Source: Lachnospiraceae bacterium (GTDB lineage: Bacteria > Bacillota > Clostridia > Lachnospirales > Lachnospiraceae). Taken from it: a DNA stretch of 64,000 nt. Both the position numbers and the translations under genes were made by a program. Positions 58,144 to 64,000 of this stretch are shown one piece after another. The notes under the pieces are model-generated. The model worked only from the letters and a program-made list of their open reading frames with translations. It ran no database searches and was not told the origin of the DNA. Every line of letters starts with the position of its first letter. The stretch's first letter is position 1. The stretch spans positions 11,021-75,020 of the forward strand of contig JABZIV010000003.1 in NCBI GenBank assembly GCA_015258095.1. The letters are read 5' to 3'.

Positions 58144-60390
58144 ATGAAGAAAGAATGGCATGATTTTCAGGAAGGGCATTGGACGAGCGATGTCAACGTA
58201 AGAGACTTTATTCAACATAATTACACGGAATATCACGGAAATGAAGATTTCCTGAGTGATCCCACAGAAAATACGCAGATTCTCTGGGATTATCTCAAGT
58301 CTTTACAGAAGGAGGAAAGAAAAAAGGGCGGTGTTCTGGATATGGAAACCGAAGTGGTGTCCGGTATCAATGCTTACCCCGCGTCATACATGAAGGAAGA
58401 ATACAAAAATCGTGAAAAGGTCGTCGGCTTACAGACGGATAAACCGCTGAAACGTGCTTTCATGCCTTACGGCGGTATCAAAATGGCTGAACAGGCCTGC
58501 ACGACCTACGGCTACACGCCGAGTCCCGAACTGCATAAGATTTTCACCGAATACCATAAGACCCATAACCAGGGTGTCTTCGACGCGTACACCCCGGAAA
58601 TGATGAAGGCGAGACACAACAAGATTCTAACCGGTCTTCCTGATACGTACGGAAGAGGAAGGATCGTGGGGGATTACAGAAGAGTCGCCCTTTACGGAAT
58701 TGACTTCCTGATTGAGAAGAAAAGAGAAGACTTTGCAAACTTCGGCGACGGTACCATGACCGATGAAATCATCCGCGGAAGAGAGGAAATTTCCGATCAG
58801 ATTCGTGCCCTTCAGGAAATGAAGGAAATGGCAGCCGGCTACGGTTTTGATATCGGTCGTCCCGCCGAAAACGCGAAAGAGGCAGTCCAGTGGCTCTATT
58901 TCGGCTACCTTGCCGCCATAAAGACGCAAAACGGTGCAGCCATGTCCGTCGGACGGATTTCCACCTTCCTGGATATCTACATCGAAAGAGATTTGAAGGC
59001 GGGAACGCTCACAGAGGAAGAGGCCCAGGAGCTGATTGACCACCTTGTCATGAAATTCCGTATGGTCAAGTTCGCCCGGATTCCTTCCTACAACCAGCTT
59101 TTCTCCGGCGACCCCATCTGGGCAACCCTGGAAGTGGCCGGTCTCGGACAGGACGGACGCTCTATGGTTACGAAGAACGATTTTCGTTTCCTCCATACTT
59201 TAGAGAATATGGGACCTTCTCCGGAACCGAACCTGACCATTCTCTACAGTAAGAGACTGCCGGAAGGATTCAAAGACTATGCCGCTAAAATCAGTATCCA
59301 CACCTCTTCGGTACAGTATGAAAATGATGATGTCATGCGTCCGGTATGGGGGGACGACTACAGTATCTGCTGCTGTGTATCCGCAACGGAAACCGGTAAG
59401 GAGATGCAATTCTTCGGTGCAAGAGCAAACCTTGCAAAATGTCTTCTCTATGCCATCAACGGCGGTGTAGATGAAAAGAGCAAGGAGCAGGTTGCGCCCG
59501 CTTACCGCCCGATTACCGCAGATGTCCTGGACTATAAGGAAGTCATGGAAAAATATGATGTGATGATGGACTGGCTCGCCGGAATTTATGTCAATGTACT
59601 GAACCTCATCCAGTATATGCACGATAAGTATTTCTATGAGGCGGCAGAAATGGCGCTCATTGATACCGATGTAAGAAGAACTTTTGCAACCGGTATTGCC
59701 GGTTTCTCTCACGTCGTTGACTCACTCTCCGCCATCAAATATGCAACAGTAAAGCCGATTCGGGATGAAAACGGAATCGCTGTGGATTTCGAAACCGTCG
59801 GCGAATTCCCACGATACGGAAACGATGATGACCGTGCAGATGATATCGCCGTATGGCTCTTAAAGACCTTCCTGGAGAAGATCAAAAAGCACCATACCTA
59901 TAGAAATTCCGAGGCGACGACTTCTATCCTGACCATCACTTCCAATGTCGTTTACGGGAAAGCAACCGGTGCTCTTCCGGACGGAAGAAAAGCGGGAGAA
60001 CCTCTCTCTCCGGGTGCAAATCCAAGCTACGGCGCAGAGCAGAACGGTCTTCTGGCTTCTTTAAACTCTGTTGCAAAGCTTCCTTATGAGTATGCTCTGG
60101 ACGGAATCTCCAATACACAGACGATTAATCCTGAAGCACTCGGACACAGCGAAGAAGAGCGCATTGATACCTTAGTACACGTCATGGACGGCTACTTTGC
60201 AAAAGGAGCGCATCACTTAAATGTCAACGTTTTCGGGGTGGAGAAACTGAAAGATGCGATGGAGCACCCGGAGAAAGAGGAATACGCCAACTTTACAATC
60301 CGTGTCTCCGGTTACGCCGTAAAGTTTATCGACCTGACTCACGAGCAGCAGTTGGACGTTATCGCAAGAACGGAACATAAGGTAATGTAA
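58144..60390 (+). CDS. pflB: formate C-acetyltransferase (pyruvate formate-lyase)
   Basis: Glycyl-radical C-terminus [26 protein letters not shown] and catalytic CC dyad (ICCCVS). Start at MKKEWHDF has a GGAGG RBS; the ORF track begins 12 nt earlier. Confidence 0.95.
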   Translation: MKKEWHDFQEGHWTSDVNVRDFIQHNYTEYHGNEDFLSDPTENTQILWDYLKSLQKEERKKGGVLDMETEVVSGINAYPASYMKEEYKNREKVVGLQTDKPLKRAFMPYGGIKMAEQACTTYGYTPSPELHKIFTEYHKTHNQGVFDAYTPEMMKARHNKILTGLPDTYGRGRIVGDYRRVALYGIDFLIEKKREDFANFGDGTMTDEIIRGREEISDQIRALQEMKEMAAGYGFDIGRPAENAKEAVQWLYFGYLAAIKTQNGAAMSVGRISTFLDIYIERDLKAGTLTEEEAQELIDHLVMKFRMVKFARIPSYNQLFSGDPIWATLEVAGLGQDGRSMVTKNDFRFLHTLENMGPSPEPNLTILYSKRLPEGFKDYAAKISIHTSSVQYENDDVMRPVWGDDYSICCCVSATETGKEMQFFGARANLAKCLLYAINGGVDEKSKEQVAPAYRPITADVLDYKEVMEKYDVMMDWLAGIYVNVLNLIQYMHDKYFYEAAEMALIDTDVRRTFATGIAGFSHVVDSLSAIKYATVKPIRDENGIAVDFETVGEFPRYGNDDDRADDIAVWLLKTFLEKIKKHHTYRNSEATTSILTITSNVVYGKATGALPDGRKAGEPLSPGANPSYGAEQNGLLASLNSVAKLPYEYALDGISNTQTINPEALGHSEEERIDTLVHVMDGYFAKGAHHLNVNVFGVEKLKDAMEHPEKEEYANFTIRVSGYAVKFIDLTHEQQLDVIARTEHKVM

Positions 60391-60457
60391 GAAGTAATGG
60401 AATAGATCGGAACATAACTTAATGTAGGAAGTAGCGAAAGAAGTAACGGAATAGTAT
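60372..60457 (+). repeat. degenerate tandem duplication spanning the pflB 3' end and the pflB-pflA spacer
   Basis: GGAACATAAGGTAATGTAAGAAGTAATGGAATAGAT (60372-60407) is repeated as GGAACATAACTTAATGTAGGAAGTAG...GAAGTAACGGAATAGTAT (60409-60457). Confidence 0.4.
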
Positions 60458-60485
60458 GAACCAAATGGAAAAGGAGGAAGAACGG

Positions 60486-61280
60486 ATGACTTTGATAAAA
60501 GAGAAAAAGGAGAAAAACTCTGCTCTCGAAGAGAGAGATTCTGCCCTCGAAGAAAAGTTCTTCGCTCCTGTCCATTCTATGGAGAGTTTCGGCTCAGTTG
60601 ACGGTCCGGGGATTCGTTTTGTCGTCTTTTTACAGGGTTGTGCCATGCGTTGCCAGTATTGTCACAACCCGGATACCTGGAAGATAACGGACGAAAACAG
60701 GATGTCTCCGGAAGAGATTCTGCGAAAAGCTTTGTCCTATCGAGAGTATTGGGGCGAGAAAGGCGGAATCACCGTAAGCGGAGGAGATCCCCTCCTCCAC
60801 ATCGATTTTCTGCTCGCGCTCTTTCGCTTAGCGAAGGACAAAGGAGTCAACTGCTGTCTGGATACCTCCGCACAACCTTTCACCAGAGAGGAACCCTATT
60901 TTTCCAAGTTCCTTGCTCTCATGAAGCTGACCGATATCGTCCTCCTGGATATCAAAGCGATGAATGAAAAACTGCACTACAGACTGACCGGGCACAGCAA
61001 TAAGAACATTCTGGACTGCGGAAGACTTCTTTCCGAACTCGCTGTTCCCGTCTGGATTCGACACGTCCTCGTTCCCGGACTCACGGACAGTGAAGAAGAG
61101 CTCCTCCGCCTCAAAGACTATATTCATAGCCTGGGGAATGTCGCGAAGGTGGAAATCCTGCCTTACCATACTCTCGGTGTGGTAAAGTATGAGAGTCTGG
61201 GCATCCCTTATCCGCTTAAGGGCATTTCTCCTGCGAGCAAAGAGGATGTAAAACGCGCGGAAGAAATACTCGGCATATAA
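60486..61280 (+). CDS. pflA: pyruvate formate-lyase activating enzyme (radical SAM)
   Basis: GSVDGPGIRFVVFLQGCAMRCQYCHNPDTW is the canonical PflA CxxxCxxC region. Start at MTLIKEK has a GGAGGAAGAACGG RBS; an alternative ATG lies at 60456. Confidence 0.9.
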   Translation: MTLIKEKKEKNSALEERDSALEEKFFAPVHSMESFGSVDGPGIRFVVFLQGCAMRCQYCHNPDTWKITDENRMSPEEILRKALSYREYWGEKGGITVSGGDPLLHIDFLLALFRLAKDKGVNCCLDTSAQPFTREEPYFSKFLALMKLTDIVLLDIKAMNEKLHYRLTGHSNKNILDCGRLLSELAVPVWIRHVLVPGLTDSEEELLRLKDYIHSLGNVAKVEILPYHTLGVVKYESLGIPYPLKGISPASKEDVKRAEEILGI

Positions 61281-61285
61281 AAATA

Positions 61286-61355
61286 CGGAAGGAAAAGAAC
61301 TTAGAGCCTCGGCACAATCAAGCATTCGCCGAAAGCAATCTTTCTTTTCCTTCCG
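61286..61355. terminator. bidirectional terminator between convergent pflA and tpiA (14-bp stem, ~40-nt structured loop)
   Basis: CGGAAGGAAAAGAA (61286-61299) pairs with TTCTTTTCCTTCCG (61342-61355). T-rich tracts follow on both strands. Confidence 0.55.
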
Positions 61356-61378
61356 TGTTTCTTTATCTAAGAAAATTC

Positions 61379-62128
61379 TTATTCGTTATAATGTACAATC
61401 TTCGCAAACTCTTCTTTCAGAGAAGCTCCGCCAATCAATCCGCCATCGATATCCGGCTTGGAAAGGAGTTCCTTACAGTTTCCGCTATTCATGGATCCGC
61501 CGTACTGAATACGAATCTTCTCCGCCGTTTCCTTGCTGTAGACTTCGGAAATCACCTTACGAATATGAGCGCAGACCTCTTCCGCCTGCTCCGCACTTGC
61601 CGTTTTTCCGGTTCCGATTGCCCAAATCGGCTCATACGCAATCACGGATTTCTCTGCATCCCCGGCAGGAATCCCCTGAAAAGCATTCTTAATCTGCATG
61701 GCAATCCATTCAAAGTAAATTCCCGCTTCTCTCTGCTCAAGACTCTCTCCACAGCAGATAATCGGCGTAAGTCCCTTCTCCAGAGCCTTCTTTGCTTTCT
61801 TGTTGATATCCGCATCGGTCTCATGGAAGTAGCCTCTTCTCTCGGAATGCCCCATGATAACATATTTTACCCCGGCATCCACAAGCATATCGGCAGAAAT
61901 CTCTCCGGTATACGCTCCCTTATCTTCAAAGTACAGATTCTCCGCACCGACAGCAATATGGGTTCCTTTTACCTTGTCCACCACAGTGGAAATATCGATA
62001 GCAGGTACGCAGAACACAACATCCACGCTGTCCGTATTGGCAATCGGAATTAACTTATCACAGAGCGCTTTGGCCTCTGTAATCGTCATATTCATCTTCC
62101 AGTTTCCGGCAATAATTTTCTTTCTCAT
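61379..62128 (-). CDS. tpiA: triose-phosphate isomerase
   Basis: [14 protein letters not shown]-terminus and the [15 protein letters not shown] active-site region. Confidence 0.95.
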   Translation of the reverse strand: MRKKIIAGNWKMNMTITEAKALCDKLIPIANTDSVDVVFCVPAIDISTVVDKVKGTHIAVGAENLYFEDKGAYTGEISADMLVDAGVKYVIMGHSERRGYFHETDADINKKAKKALEKGLTPIICCGESLEQREAGIYFEWIAMQIKNAFQGIPAGDAEKSVIAYEPIWAIGTGKTASAEQAEEVCAHIRKVISEVYSKETAEKIRIQYGGSMNSGNCKELLSKPDIDGGLIGGASLKEEFAKIVHYNE

Positions 62129-62167
62129 CTTGATTTTCTCCAAACTATCCTTGTTTTTTCTTTTCTC

Positions 62168-63385
62168 TTACTTGTTGTTTGCCGCAGCAACGCCCGGTAA
62201 TTCCTTTCCCTCGAGGAATTCCAGAGAAGCTCCGCCACCGGTAGAAATATGGGTCATCTTATCTCCGAAGCCTAAGATGTTTACCGCCGCAGCACTGTCT
62301 CCGCCACCGATAATCGTCGTTGCATCTGTCTCGGCGAGTGCTTTCGCAACGGCAATGGTTCCCTTTGCCAGTACCGGATTCTCAAATACGCCCATCGGTC
62401 CGTTCCATACTACCGTCTTTGCAGACTTAACCGCATTGGCAAAGAGCTCCTGTGTCTTCGGCCCGATGTCGAGTCCCAGCATATCGGAAGGAATTTTATC
62501 AATCGAAACCGTTTCTACCGGAAGATTCTTGTCATCAATCGGATCCGGAAAGGCCTTCGCACAAACCGCATCTACCGGAAGAAGAATCTCGCATCCTTTC
62601 TCCTTGGCTTTCTCCAACATCTTCTTACAATACTCGAGCTTTTCATCATCTACCAGAGACTTTCCAATCTCGTATCCCTTTGCTTTAATGAAGGTAAAGG
62701 CCATGCCGCCGCCAATGATTAAGGTATCACACTTCTCCAGGAGGTTATCGATGACCGCCAGTTTATCGGAAACCTTCGCTCCGCCAAGTATAGCCACAAA
62801 GGGACGAACCGGATTTTCTACTGCCTGTCCAAGGAAGCGAATCTCTTTCTGCATAAGATAGCCGACTACAGCTGGGCCATCGATAAATGCCGTTACGCCC
62901 ACGTTGGAGCAATGTGCACGGTGTGCCGTTCCGAAAGCATCGTCCACAAAAACATCTGCAAGACCTGCCAAATCTTTAGAGAAAGCTTCTCCGTTCTTTG
63001 TCTCTTCCGCTCTATACCGCGTATTCTCCAAAAGAACGACATCGCCGTCCTTCATCTCCGCAACTGCCTTTTTCGCATTCTCTCCAACGACATTGTCATC
63101 CTTCGCAAAAAGAACCGGCTGTCCCAGGAGCTCGGAAAGACGCTTTGCAACCGGAAGCAAAGAAAGCTCCGGCTTCGGCTCTCCCTTCGGCTTTCCAAGA
63201 TGAGAACAAAGAATCACTTTTCCGCCATCCGAAATCAACTTCTTAATAGTCGGCAATGCCGCAACAAGACGATTCTCATCGGTAATTTTGCCATCCTTTA
63301 AAGGCACGTTAAAATCACAACGGCAAAGCACTCTCTTTCCCTTCACCGAAATATCATCCACTGATTTCTTGTTTAAATCTGCCAT
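62168..63385 (-). CDS. pgk: phosphoglycerate kinase
   Basis: Start at MADLNKK has a [18 protein letters not shown] and other PGK motifs. The ORF track extends upstream without an RBS. Confidence 0.95.
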   Translation of the reverse strand: MADLNKKSVDDISVKGKRVLCRCDFNVPLKDGKITDENRLVAALPTIKKLISDGGKVILCSHLGKPKGEPKPELSLLPVAKRLSELLGQPVLFAKDDNVVGENAKKAVAEMKDGDVVLLENTRYRAEETKNGEAFSKDLAGLADVFVDDAFGTAHRAHCSNVGVTAFIDGPAVVGYLMQKEIRFLGQAVENPVRPFVAILGGAKVSDKLAVIDNLLEKCDTLIIGGGMAFTFIKAKGYEIGKSLVDDEKLEYCKKMLEKAKEKGCEILLPVDAVCAKAFPDPIDDKNLPVETVSIDKIPSDMLGLDIGPKTQELFANAVKSAKTVVWNGPMGVFENPVLAKGTIAVAKALAETDATTIIGGGDSAAAVNILGFGDKMTHISTGGGASLEFLEGKELPGVAAANNK

Positions 63386-63465
63386 ACTCTCTCTCCTTCT
63401 TTCTCTATGGAAAAAGCCACCGGAGCACACACTCCGGCGGCTTCCCCCGCAAAACATTCCTATAC

Positions 63466-64000
<535 letters not shown>

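Overview
This 64 kb window looks like core chromosome of a low-GC Gram-positive anaerobe, probably a Clostridia/Lachnospiraceae-type Firmicute; that assignment is inferred from gene content and Shine-Dalgarno usage only. Almost every gene is on the minus strand and the content is mostly housekeeping. Recognisable genes and operons include: arcA (truncated at the left edge), pgi, mtnN, murG, uvrA, cspA, hslO, deoB-tadA, udp, deoD, a five-tRNA operon (Arg-His-Gln-Lys-Leu in transcription order), a fused rdgB-phosphoesterase, lysA-like/hisS/aspS, pyk, pdxK, a zur-znuACB operon, a pxpA/pxpB/pxpC 5-oxoprolinase cluster with an embedded biotin carboxylase and biotin carboxyl carrier protein plus a YcsG-like transporter, mgtA, mscS, two tandem COG0523 GTPases, rnhA, asnA, a SAM-I riboswitch upstream of metK, a MetE-like methionine synthase, pflB-pflA, and tpiA-pgk-gap (gap truncated at the right edge). 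I find no CRISPR array, IS element, integrase, prophage or obvious defense island. I cannot honestly point to a clearly new multi-gene system. The best candidates for follow-up are: (1) a 656-aa protein with two tandem SseB-like domains fused to a degenerate ADP-ribosylglycohydrolase-like domain, downstream of mgtA; (2) an orphan ~260-nt unit with a strong promoter and an intrinsic terminator between thiN and an AI-2E transporter gene (candidate sRNA or leader); (3) an unusual 7-1-7 palindrome overlapping the zur promoter; (4) an SPFH/double zinc-ribbon protein with a small partner ORF. All coordinates are from manual reading and may be off by a few nucleotides.
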